This document shows positions 1 to 12,700 of a DNA stretch of 44,617 bases, piece after piece (the stretch's first letter is position 1; every line of letters begins with the position of its first letter). The notes below the pieces were generated by a model that was given only the letters and a program-made list of their open reading frames with translations, did no database searches and was not told the DNA's origin. Source of the stretch: Cystobasidiomycetes sp. EMM_F5 (Eukaryota). The position numbers and the translations under genes are program-made. The stretch covers positions 1-44,617 of the forward strand of contig JBPGPT010000061.1 of assembly GCA_051047955.1 (NCBI GenBank). Reading direction: 5' to 3'.

Positions 1-260
1 AGTGCCGATGAAAGTTGGAGGGTCTAAAAGATGACATCGACAAGTGGCATGCTGATTGAAGCGCGAGAATTGCCTAACGTGCGCGACGTACGCTCCGTCA
101 GCAATCCTTCTGACACGAGCATCGGGCTATCTCGGAAGCGAAGCCATCGGGACTCCGTACGTCTCGACAAGTTGTAAAAGGCGAAAAGTAGTCACGAGGT
201 GTTCGCCATTCAATCGGCCCTGAAGCACGCTCGAGGCAGCGACCTTGCGGCTCCATAATG

Positions 261-1837
261 TCAATCGTTATTGAAGCACAATCCCGCCAGTGAGCCCGCA
301 GCATTCGTACATCCAATAAACAGCAGCATTCCACCATAGTTCTTTACGCCATATGCGAATCTCGCGTCCGGCAGAGCTGCTCCTTGCAGAAGGAGAGAAG
401 AGATTGGTCCACCCAGCACGCTGCACACGCCTCGAATGACAAAAAAGGCTCCAAAGATGGTGGGAGGGGAGGAAGTGTCGTCTTTTGCTATCGTAGTGAT
501 TAGGCGTGTCCAGGTTGCCGTGAACCTGGGCAAATGACAACATCATTCAGTTTTGGTGTGACAATATCTACGATGGCATGGCTCACCCTTGTCCGAAGAA
601 GCCAAAAAGTATACAAAACACGGCCAGGATGGGTAGGTTTGTAGCGAATCCAAAGAAGAGAAAGGCGGAGGAGAGACGCGCCCATACACGACACAAAGAC
701 GACGAGCTTGACGGGCCACCTGTCACTGACGTAGCCCTGCATGAGCTGTCCAAAGATGGACGACACTGGCAAGTTCGCATACGTTAGAAGTGCAGACGGG
801 CGAAAAGGGTTAAGCACGTGATAACACTGACAATTCATCACGACCAGCATGAGGGTTCCAGTCTCTTTTGACAGGCCTATATCGACAGCGTACGTCGGAA
901 CGTAGATTGCAGGAAGGAAAGCGCTAAAGCTCGTGAGTGCGACAGTCGACGCAAAAGCCCAGAAGGCTGCGGATCTGATGAAGTTCAACGGAATTTTGTT
1001 GCGTCTCCTCACTGCCGTTCTGGAATACCGCGGAATGGGTACGCGTTCCTTTATAAAGTAGATGGATACGAAGGCTAAAAGTCCGCACCCGAGCGCCAGA
1101 GAGACTACTGCTGCTTTGTACGAGTACTTTGCGAGCAGAGCTTGAATGACAAGAGGGAGTATTGCCCCGCCCAATCCTGTGCCACTGTACATTAAGCCAT
1201 TCGCCAATCCTCGCTTTCGCGCAAACCATTCAAAGAGAAGCGTCGTGGCGGGCAGGTAGACTGCCGATGCTCCGATGGGATACATGATACCTGCTGTGGG
1301 TATCAAATGCCAGGGCTGTGTTGCAAATCCAGACAGCAGGATTCCCAGAGTCGATATCGCTTGTCCGATGTACTGCATCTCTGCTCGGTACTCTGGATAT
1401 CGCGTGTAGAATGGTCCGATGGCTATTGCTGCAATGTAGCTTATGACAAGGTCATCAGCAGAGACACTCTTATATACATGAGGCAGTCCTCACATCAAGC
1501 CGCTCTGCATGGTCGCGACCAGAGTCAAGATGAATGGATTACCGGGAAACAGAGTCGATGTCCAGTACTCGTGGAGCACGCCGATGGAGAATGTGAAGCC
1601 GAAAGCGAGCGTCTCTACTGCGAATGCTGCTGCGAGGTAGACCCACGCGTAACCCTTGTCGGGGTCGGGGAGTGCGGATACGGATACGGATGCTGGGGTG
1701 TCTGGATGGATGAGCGTCATGTCTGACACGCTGTGTGCGCTCGTGGGTGTGTGGGGATGGGATGCGGAGCCTAGAGGAGTCATTGGCACGCTCTGGCTGC
1801 CGATTCGCTGTGAAGCGGGCGTTATCGGTGTTGCCAT
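261..1837 (-). CDS. MFS monocarboxylate-transporter (MCT/Mch-like) family protein, spliced; apparent frameshift at ~670 (possible pseudogene or sequence error)
   Basis: N-terminal PDPDKGYAWVYLAAAF motif, EWFARKRGLANGLMYSGTGLGG loop and GYVSDRW motif, with many TM segments. Three GT-AG introns join ORFs 1490-1837, 500-1378, 583-780 and 261-533. The frame changes near 670 with no intron. Confidence 0.85.
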
Positions 1838-2495
1838 TGTATCAATACCGAGCTGTAGCTGTCAGCGAGTGATGTTTAGTGTGTCAGTCGTCGACATTGT
1901 CAGCAGTCTGTCATGACCAGAGACTTGAGGCGAGGTTCTTCTTTCTCGCTCGGCTAGTGATCACGTGACCATTCACTGATAATACAAACCTCGCTCTTCT
2001 GGCAGGCCACGCATAGAGCTACATGTACACTGCAGGCAGTTTGAGTGTTGTGGATATGAAGACGTGGATGATTAGAATGCTCCCCTCTTGTAAAGAATCA
2101 ACGCCCTCCAAGTCGAAGCTTTTCGAGGCGCTTAGCGTGCATTCCAGAGGACATGTCGTTGTCAAGGAGACAGTACAAAAGGGGGGTGACGGTGACAAAT
2201 GCAAGACAGCAGCAACAGCGAGGTGGACTGCAGGCAGAGACAGAGACGAGGGGTTGATGGAGGATAGCGACAGACTGCAGACTGACAGAGGGTATATATC
2301 AGATAGGATTGGAGTGGAACTTGAAGACTCGCAACAGCAGCAGGACTGCAACACAACACGACACAACACAGTCCTCCTCACCACATCAACCCCCAACATT
2401 CCCCCTGCCGACTTCGCACGGTCGACTACCCGTTGGCAGCAGGTTTCGAGCGTGTGAGAAGGTAGCAAAGGTAAAGATGGAATCGCGTTCCTTCT

Positions 2496-2530
2496 CTGGC
2501 TGACTGACTGGCTGAGTGACTGACTGATTG
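2496..2530. repeat. Degenerate (CTGA)n tetranucleotide repeat upstream of the RFX gene
   Basis: ctgg ctga ctga ctgg ctga gtga ctga ctga ttg read directly. Confidence 0.7.
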
Positions 2531-2639
2531 TCGTCTATCCTACAGGCTGCTGCAGTCATCCCCTTCACCCTCTCTACGCGCCCAGAGCCATATCGACGCC
2601 CGTCAGGCACAGGCAACAATATATATATCCACAACAACC

Positions 2640-5600
2640 ATGCAAACCAGCAACAACAATGGCAACGCAGCTCCACCATCCCTCGCATCCAGGACTCGCT
2701 CATCCCTCCCGCACATTGTATCATCAACCACAACGACCCGCCGTCAGTCTCAGTCTGCCCACGCAGCAGCTCGCCGCAAGAGCTCATCAGCGACTGCAGC
2801 ACGCGCCTCTGCGTCTCCGTATCCTGCATTTGTACCCCTGGAGAGGGTAGCGTCGACGTCTGGCGATGGGAGAGCTAGATCGGTGTCGAACCATCCACAG
2901 GGACATCCATCGACCTACGTTTCACCAAGCTTCAATGCTTCATCCGTCGCATTCCCATCTCCCTACATTGATGCAAATTCCTCCACAAACGCATCCACCT
3001 CGAATCCTCAGCTCGCGACTGGCTCGCAATGGATCGCCTCGTACACTCACTCTCGTTCATCGTCCATATCGTCCATATCCTCCCTCTCGTCGTCATCCTG
3101 GAGCGACGTAGATTCGCTCAGGCAGAATGAGGAGGAAGAGGGTCGTAAAGACGCTCTAGGTAGTGGTACTATGGGACCCCTCGATAGTATTGATACGATC
3201 AATCTCGACGCGCTGGGACCTGCGATGGAGTCAGAGCCGCCGTATACTTACCCTAATTTGGACATGCCAAATCCATTCGGGAGCTATCAGACAGCCTCTG
3301 TTGGTTCCAACTACTCTCCGCAGTCAAGTCATCCCTTTCTCCAGTCTAAACCTCACACGTCCCCAGTCGAACCATCCTCCTACTCTCCTCAATCCCGTCA
3401 TCCCTTTCTCCAATCTAGAACAATCCTCCCGGAAGTAACGAGCGTCACTCCACAGAATACTGCACCACCCCCAACAACAGACATCGACCCACTCCTCGTC
3501 GCTCATGCAAATGCAGTAAAATCGGCCATTGGGGTGAATACAACCAGCGAAAAGGCAAAGATTCAGTTTGTACACATGTGGTGCGTTTGTCTAGCAACCT
3601 TCTGGCTGTTATAACAACAACCAGTACTGACGGTGGCAATACGTGCGTTCGTATGCGACAGGCTCAATCAGAGCTTCGTGCTACATGCAGAGGGCAACGT
3701 GTCGAGGCAGGCACTCTATGGCCTGTACATCCACATCTGCTCTCAGTATGGAATATTCCCGATGAGTGTGTCCCTTTGGCTTATTTTGGAAGCGTATAAA
3801 GGCAACTAACGAACAACGTCACTTCCCGTTCAGACGCTGCATCGTACGGCAAAGCAGTGAGATCCTGCTGGCCAGGCATAAAGACGCGTCGACTGGGTAT
3901 AAGAGGTCAATCGCGCTACCATTACTGCGGGATCAGACCTGCCACGAAAGCGATTGATGATCTCGTAAACTGGGTAAACACGACCGACTTAGGGGCACCG
4001 GGTGGTCCGATGACTTCGTCTGGCATCGCAGGTGCAGAATCTGCGTCGTTTGCATTCTTGCCGTCGTCCAACGATTTAGATGCGCATGATGCCGGGGCGT
4101 ACGTGTTTGCAAGTCCTGCCAAGCTCGAACACCCTATTCCGCCCGCAACGAGTGCCAGCCATACTCCATCCCATTCAGGTTCTAGCGCATCCAGTCTCGG
4201 CTTCAATAACATCTCCCTCATGCCACCCGTTTCGCGGTATTCGTCGTTTGCTACATCTGCAGGGTCATCTGGATGTCCTTCCGAAGTATCAGACACGAGC
4301 TCGGTCGACGGGACAGATGACGATGATGGAGAAGGCTCGCCCCTCGAGACTTTTTCGCAACAGTCGCCTGTCGAACAACAAGGTCTCTTCAACCCCTTTC
4401 AAGCGAATGTACCGTCCGTTGAGCCCTTTGACCGTCTGAGCGTAGTCGATCCTTCGGAGCTCGGAACGGGTGCAATCAGGATGCGCCGTCAATTCTCTGC
4501 TCCTGCAATACCTACCATCGCCAACCTGCAACATTCCGATATGGATGCCGCAATGGGAGATCTTAAAACACCCACAGCTCTCCAGTTTCTTGGGACTGGT
4601 AAATCGTCTATCGAGATGGTCGCATCGGGAAGCGGGAGTGGAACGGAGACGGCCATGCCTGGTAGCGGAAGTAGTAGCGATACGACACCTGAAGCGCGCC
4701 TGCAACATCGGTATCGACAGTCCATTGCTCTAGCATCTGGAAGTAAGGGAGCGACAACGTCTCCGCTGATGCCGCTGGAGCGGAGAGCAACAGTCGCAGA
4801 GCTCAGTATAACCATACCGCCTCCTCTTGTCCAATCTTCTGTCAGTACCCACCGCCAGGAATGGAGTGCCCCTGGAAACCAAAGATTGCCCGTAACAGCA
4901 CACGAAACAATGGCATCAACGCCTAGCGAATTTGCCTACTATATGCTTCCTAATCAATTGCATATCAGTTTACCCTCGTTTGAGCAAGTACTGCAATCAA
5001 CGAATGTACCAGGCCATGCGGCGGCTCTACGTGGTCCTTCTCCAACTTCCCCCGGTAATGGCTTGGATCGTACAGCTTCGGAGCTCCTGTGGAACACTTA
5101 TCGCTCGGAGCATTGTCAAGGCATCTTGAAGCTAGTCGGACAGGGACGGTGGGACGATCTGGAGGCGTTTGTCCTCCAATTCTGGAATCAGCTCGATGCC
5201 GTTCAGCGTGATGTCGTCCAGCATCCGATACTCGCAGACGCTCTATATCGTGCCGACGCCGTCGTGTATAATGCCATACTGGACTATCTGACTGCAAACG
5301 TCACGAGCCCGTTCGACAAGTCTATGCACTCCAGCTTGTCTCGAGTAGCCACCAACTTGGAGCAGTATATTATAACCGCCTTGTCTGCTTTTCCTGCGGA
5401 ATACATCAGCTGTAGAGTCGAGCTCGCGAGCAGGACTGGTCATCTCATGTCTCGTTTCCTTGGACTGACTCGCTTGGTGAGCTTGCTCCGTCATCTAGCA
5501 GTCTTTTGAAAAGGCTGACACACAGAGCGTGACAAACAGGTCGAATCAGTGGACGGTATTCTCGCACAACCTGGTGCAATTTATGATTTGTGTCAAGCGT

Positions 5601-6480
5601 GGCAATCCATTGATTTCGATATGATTACAAACCAAGCCGCTCTGGTGACGAAATGTACACAAGACGCAACTTCTCAATATCTCGCTGATGCACAAGTTGC
5701 ATTAACAAAATTGCGCGAGACTGCAACGAGTGGCATAATCACCTTTGCAAACGCTTGCATCAGCCGCGCTCTGGGACCATCTCATCATCACGATACCGGC
5801 ACTGCACACTCCGACATGCGGGAAATCTCCAGGGAAAGCACAGCTCGCCAGTTCATCTTGAAGTGGAATTATGTGTCTTCACAAATCGCGCGAGATCTTC
5901 TGATCAGAGGCAGCCCTTCGGCCCCTCACTTCCAGATTATTTCGCTCCTCGTTGAGTGCGTACGGTGTCAAAGATGGAATATGCAAGCGTTGCTAACAGA
6001 ATTATTTTGCATAACAGAGAATGGATGTGCCTCGTCATCCTGAAGGATATCACGCTACAAGTCGGAGCGGTCAGTGCGTCGATCGAAGGCGAGGGTCTGT
6101 CAGCTACGCATCGTGCTGGTCTAGTGCCAGACACATCGGCCTTCCTGGTCTCCCCGAGTGCGATGGGAGCTACTTCCTTCGATGCGAGCTTGCGCCCAAT
6201 GACCGCTCCATCCTGCAGCGGTATTCCGCCACCGCCCTTGACGGCTCTACCAAGCTCCAATTTCAACTTCGCAGCGGCATTGTCGCCGACTACGAGAGCC
6301 ATCTTTGGCGATGCACGAACTCCCATCTATCTGAACTTTGGGCATATTCCACCGCTCACTCCTGCGTTTCGCCAAAGCTTCGGTACCTCTGGCGGTGGTT
6401 TGCAATACTCGTTGGATGATTTCCACCTCCCTCTAGCCAGTCCGGCGCGTTTGTCCGTTGGTCATCCAGCCGGCCGATGA
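2640..6480 (+). CDS. RFX-family winged-helix transcription factor (Sak1/Rfx1-like), multi-exon
   Basis: Spliced domain reads FVHMWLNQSF...GNVSRQALYGLYIHIC...NAASYGKAVRSCWPGIKTRRLGIRGQSRYHYCGIRP, the RFX DNA-binding signature. A C-terminal RFX dimerisation-like region follows (YRSEHCQGIL...FILKWNYVSSQIARDLLIRGSPSAPHFQII). Confidence 0.9.
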
Positions 6481-6759
6481 GAAGCGTTAGAATAAAGCCG
6501 CCTTTTATGACCACGTCACTCCATGTACTTGGAACAACTTTCGAATTTTGCAGTGCAAATGGACATTCTTATCAGTACCTACCTTGCGCGCACACACTTG
6601 TTGTATGCAGTACGTTGCTTGTAACACGCTCACTTGCCAAAGGCAAAACACGCCCTTTTATTCACACTGTCGCACTACAATTGCCCGATAAAATGATACA
6701 ACATTTGGCGGATAGAATTAGCAACACATTTGACTACGTGTCCGGTCGTGAAGGATGTT

Positions 6760-9700
6760 TTACAGCCAAGGCAAACTTGCAACATCAACTGAAGCGAGTC
6801 GGAGTGGATTTGTTGCATGCGTCAGAAGGTCCAGGATGGATTGGCTGACTGGCGTCGAGCCGATGGGGGTCTGCGAAGGAGCAAATATTAGTCGGTCCGG
6901 TTCGTGAGCTAGTTCCGAGGACTGTACGCTGCTCACCCGCTCCCTCTCGATTTTACAGGAGAGCAACTTAGCGCGTCTGACAACGGCATCAACGTTTGTC
7001 AAGGTCAGATCGCGTAATTGAGCCTCGGATGGTTTGGGCATCTTGCGAGAAGTATGCCAGAACTGCATTTCTTCCGAGACGAATATGCTGAGTCGGTGCT
7101 CAAGATCGTACTGCAGATGAAGTCCTTAGTTAGCCCTGGCGCATACTTCAATTTGAGCGGCAAACTCGCCTCGCTCTCGGTCATGCAGCGAGCTATAGAC
7201 ATCAAGGCGCTGACGAGAACGCCCTCAACGCCGATCGGACCGACGAACGCTTGAAGATTTGGTGTAAGTCGGAACGGTACGGCTTCGTGGTTGGAAAATT
7301 CGGGTTTGTTGGACGACAATGCCGGAATAAGGTCTGCACTGTGCATCTGCCCGCTAGCCCTTGTGAAGAGAATGTTGGTGGGGAGGCGTCGTCCGACGCT
7401 AAAGAGATAAGATTGGAAGATAAAGGCGGCTAAGTGCTGAGCTGTCTGCTTCCGCGTGTGCCACAATTCGCAAGCCGAGGGCGTGGAGCGTATGAAGAAC
7501 TGTTGTGGATGATCAGCTATCGGCATACATGATGTGAAGGCACCAGCACCTACATCGCGTAATATCGTATCGGGGAACAGCTTCGTGGCAACCTCGATGT
7601 ATACTTCCAATTTTGCCGCGGCAGCCGCGAAATTCGCCTTAAATGTAGTCAGGACAATCAGCTTGCCATTCCTAGGGTTTCTGTTACCTCACGTACCTGA
7701 CGCGATCCCTTGAGCAACTCTTTTAGTTTTTCCGTATATGCCATGATCGGATCGTCCTTGCTCATTCCCACTTCTGTACAATAGCGTTCGTAGATGTCCT
7801 GTAAGCTGATGATGGAAGGGCTCGACTCGACTAGGCGACAATGCTGCCCAACCGGAATGAGCAGAGGTAGGTGGAATTGCAGGCCCCGTTTGCGACTCTC
7901 TACACGCTTTTGCAGCGGACTGATGGGACAATCAGCTTCTGCCCCCAGGTGGGTATGCTCACATAGACTTACCTATTAAGCATTCTGAATAGTTGAGATA
8001 TCTTCTCCTCTCTGCGGTAACCTCGTTGCATAGGCAATTGAATCTGGAAGACATGACTGCTGCCGTCGTATCCGACAATTGTGATTTTGCGGGTGAAACT
8101 TCCAGCAAGGCGCCCAACGTCCACTTTTGGTCCGAAGTAGCTGATTTTTACGAATGCACGATTGCCGTCTTCATGACGGAGATATTGTCCAGGTACTTCG
8201 ATTTCGTCGAAAGTTTGATATTTGTATTCTACCAACCAGTGACTGAGTGTCTCCAGTGGGTGACGCTTCGGCTTGCGGTCAAGGATCTTCTCGTAGCGGT
8301 CCCGCCAGACTTGTAGATTTTGCACATATTGTCGCAAATTTGGTTCAGATGCAACGAAGTCCTGGTGAAAGGCCTCTTTGAGGTGTGACGGCAGGTTTTG
8401 CGCAAAGCGAGTTATATTCAGTGTAGTGCCCTTAGCTAATAGTCCATTATCGTCTGGGTTAGGTGTCCGATTGATATACTGCTGCAAGCCGTCTTGTAAT
8501 AACGCAGTGACAAGCCGGAAGATGTCTTCGTCCGGCACCGCTTTGAATCGCGCCGATATTTGATCGCAAACGAGCTCGAGCGACAGAGCCAGTAACGGGA
8601 ATGCAGTCTTCAGCACCGATGAAATCTCTTCAACATAATCCAGAGGTGTGCGTGGCATGGCAGGTGCGGGCTGTGAGCCTGACGATGGCGTTCCGTTGCT
8701 GCCGGCAGTCTGACTGCCGTTGGGTTGACCTTGCGAATTTTCTTCCTTGACGTCCACTGCCATTGCCCCTGGACTCTGTGGAGTTGCCGACTGCACTGAT
8801 GCAGCGCTCGACGCGGCTTTGAGCTTCTGTTCGGCTTCATGGGCAGTCTTTTGCTGCGAAGCCAGCTCGTCCCTCGACGTACGTAAATGAAAGAATAGAC
8901 CCTGTCGCATGCACGATCACTAAACGCACGCCTTGCTTCCGAAATCGACAGACTTACCTGCGGGAATTTCTTCGCAATCTGGAGTAATATTATACGAGCG
9001 TAGCGAGCTTCTCGGCTAGATAGACCGGCAATAAGCTGCGGTGCAAACGTGATCCAGTACCATACCGGCAGTTCGCCGGTGTAGGAATCGAACGCTTTGG
9101 AGACTGTTCCGGATGCATCGTCTAACGATAAGAGCCAGAGAATGCGGACTAGCAGCTTACGAACTTTGGCGCTCTTGTACAAGCCAGCCGCTTGTAGGTA
9201 ACAAGCGACTGCGTTCGCCGCTCTGTTGAGGTCGTTGGGCTCCTGCTTGAAAAGGCGATCATGATATCGACCGTACTCGGCCCATACTTTCGGGAAAGAC
9301 ATGTCCATGGTTACAGCCTGCGTGAAGACTTGATTTGCCTCTTCCGTGAGCCCTAATCGTGCCAAGAACATGCCCTTCAGTGTATAGAATTCGCTCTTCT
9401 GCATGAGATTAAAGTATGCAAGGTTGGTATTGTTGATTACTTCGAGGCCTTGGGTTAGCTCGTTCGGATTCTGATAATGGCTCTTTGCCTGTTCTCGCAA
9501 CTTGAGGAAAGCTTCTTGTATCTCAATGTTGGGCAAAGTATATATCTTCGTGAGTGAGGTGATGCAGACATCCGTGAGCTGGTGCTTCCGCGCAACATGC
9601 GCAAAGCGGTTGATTATCCATGCAGTTTCGTGGTAGCCCCGGTATGCATGCGAGTTTGTGGATGCGGCTGCCTGCCCATCCTTGTTAGGCAGCAGCGGTA

Positions 9701-12700
9701 GGTATGCACGGTTGATGGCTTGGAAGACGTGTTGTCTCCAAGCAACGAGATCGCTCCAAATGTTAACATCGTCCCAAAGGTTTGGCAGCCGATCACGCCA
9801 CATCTGTAAGGTACTCTTGATTTCGGCAGAGCGTTGGTCAAGATTGGCGGCAGTCGTGTTCTCCAGACTACCAAAGATATATTTGGAAGCCTCCTGTAAT
9901 TCCACAAATTGCTGGAAAATATGGAGAAGCGGTATGTGCGAATCGGAAACAATGTCCGGCAAATGATACCATTTGCGCAGACTAAACTGAATCCCCTCGT
10001 CGCACACGCGCTGGAAACTATGCCCGTCGACCTTTGGACCCCTTACCAAAACTGCGAGTGCTTCGAAGACACGCTTGCGAGGCGTGGGCGCAGGCTGCGC
10101 ATTGTCGATGATGTGCGCGATGCTCTCATGTTCTGTCGCCCAGTCAGACAACCGCCATGAACACTCAAGTAGGAGGTCGTTGTTGCCTTCATTTTTTGCT
10201 AAGTCCGATAGTATGTCCCACTAAAGATGCCTACGTTAGTCTGAACTTTCCCTGTAGCATTAAGCGAAAGTGACTGACGTGTTGCAGCTTCTCTGCACAC
10301 ATAATCCAGTGATCTTCCCAAAGAGTATACTCCGATTCGGTAAATGGCAGTGACCCAGATCTCGCTTTCATCTGGGCATTTTCATACTGGATTGTCGTCA
10401 CTTTAGCTGAACGTCATCAAATGTACGACATCTGCGCTTTACGTACCATCTGCTGGGCTGAGCCCCATAATCCAGCTTGCTCGAAGGAAATTGATATGTT
10501 CGTCTCGCTGAAGAACGCCCGCCGTCGCCAAAGACCGTACAATGAATCATCTTCGGATAGTTCCGCGTATATCTCAGCCAACGCGTCCAGACTAGATTCT
10601 CGTATGCTTTCCTCCTCGCGATTTTCATTGACCAGGTTCTGAAGCAACTCAATCGCGATATGGTATGCGTTGTAGGTCTTACCCAAGTATCGGACTAAGT
10701 GCGGCGGAAGAGGCAGTGTCGGCGTACATGCCAGGACGCCAGCAAGTAGCGTTTGTATCACGTTGGGCCGTCGATCGACGTTTTGTAAGTGATAGTCTTT
10801 TGTTAGAAGAATGATCAAGAACTGCGAGATATCGCCCTGCTCTTTTCTAGACAAGCTAAACCAAGCTGCCTTAAAGCATTGACACCACACGATATACGTG
10901 GCTTCGGGGTCCGAGTACAGTAATTTGCGTGCATTGTCGATGAAAGCACCGGTTTTGAAGCCTTGTAGCTCTCGTACGAAGGCGTCGTCGGCATCTGTTT
11001 GAAATGTTGACTCGGGCGATGGCAGGAGAATATCGTCTTTAGCGATTGCTCCCATCAAAAGGTCAAGAGCTTGGTGTATCCAGTTTGTTTCGCCCAGCGT
11101 CTCCCAACTCTGAACTCCGAAGAGGTAGTTCAGTCGACCGCCAATTGACCTGGTGATAGCTTCATCGAAGACTTCCATGAATTGCCACCGCAAACTTGCT
11201 AAGCGATTGCGACAACCCAGCAAGAAAGGTTGCTCCAAGCGGACAGTGTAATCTGACCGCTTCAGAACAGGATCTGAGTATATTCTTAATATCACCTGCA
11301 GGAAGTCTCGCAACAGGTGCGATTCTTCTGGTCTGTGCTCAAACACCATCATTTTACCAAGGAGCGTAGCTTTCTCCTTCAAGGTCGGAAAGGCCTCTTT
11401 GTGTTCTTCAAGCACCCATTGAGTTGCAATTTCCAGTATGTATCGACAGAGATTGAGATTAGGAGACTTCTCCACGAGCATACACAGACTGCCCAGGATC
11501 CATCTTCTATGCTCGCCTATGACGGCCATACGCGTGCGTAACATTCCGAAGCAGCTGCGGAGCAGGCGTAAATTCACATCGGGCGGCATATCTGGGTCAT
11601 GATGATTGAGGTGCTCTTTGGCGAGAACATTGACCACTTTGACCAGCGTAATCATGAATGGCGCAATAGCGTCTGGTGTAGCCGCCGCCCAAGCCTCCAA
11701 TATGATGATATTGCTATGGAGGCTAGCCATGTCACGCAAGCCAACGTCGATGACATTAGATGCCCAGTCGCTGAAAGCCTTGAGAGCTTCGTGCCCAGGT
11801 GTTTCCTGCTGTGCTGAGGTAGGGAGGACAGAAAATAGACGCTGTAATACAGGCCTTGATCCGACATCAGCATTGCGCTGCACATGTGTCAAATTAGACG
11901 TACTTGTAGGCTATATGCAACTGTTGATCTTGTTGCAGCATACCCCGCTCGACCACTTTGTGCAATGCAGCCACGTTCTCGCGCACCCACTCGTTGCTCT
12001 TGAAAGTGAGAACTATGCTGAGTATGTCCACCGTGTTGCACAGCATTACAGCACTCTGGCCGCTCATGTCCGGGTCGCCAAGAACACGATGAAGAAAAGC
12101 GAACTTGATGCTTACGTCCGGCCAGACACTCAGTAATTTCCGTAAAAGATCCAGCCCAGTCTTGACCATACCGCCTGCTCTAGCTGGCTCTGGATTGCTA
12201 GCAATGAAGCGGACAAGTGAGCCATTGATGATAGAGTCTTTGGTTGACAGAGGGATTGTATAATTGTGGTGTGACGACGATTGACTGGTTGTAGATGGAG
12301 CTACAGAAGGCATTCTCTTAGGCGATGCTTGCATCTTCGCAGGCTCTTCGTGAACGGCGCCATCTACGTCCATCCTGCTCGCCTCTTCGTCTTTCGCGGA
12401 CTTGATGCGTTGAACCTCCCAGTTCAAAATAAGTTCAACGAGCTCCAAAGCCAAGATGCGGGATTCAGGCGTTGCAGAGCTCAAAAGACAGAGTTTTGGA
12501 AGGGCGCTGACCATGTGAGGAATGAATAGGTCCCGTCTCTCGTAAAAGACATTCGGAAATCGAATGATCAACTGCAGTATGTGCGACAGTTGAGACATGC
12601 TGCCGTGCCCATCTTCTATCATAATATGCCGGGTTGCTCGCAACCACGGATGAATACCAGATTCAAGCTGAGGACACTTGGTGGGAAGTTCGGGTGTAAG

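Noticed and set aside
1830..1843. GTTGCCAT resembling an RFX X-box
   Set aside because: Only a half site, and it overlaps the MFS start codon.
2019..2468. Overlapping 144-149 aa ORFs on both strands between the MFS and RFX genes
   Set aside because: Low-complexity, repeat-rich promoter/UTR sequence with no recognisable protein motif.
7250..7450. Missing catalytic kinase residues in Tra1
   Set aside because: Expected, since Tra1/TRRAP is an established pseudokinase.
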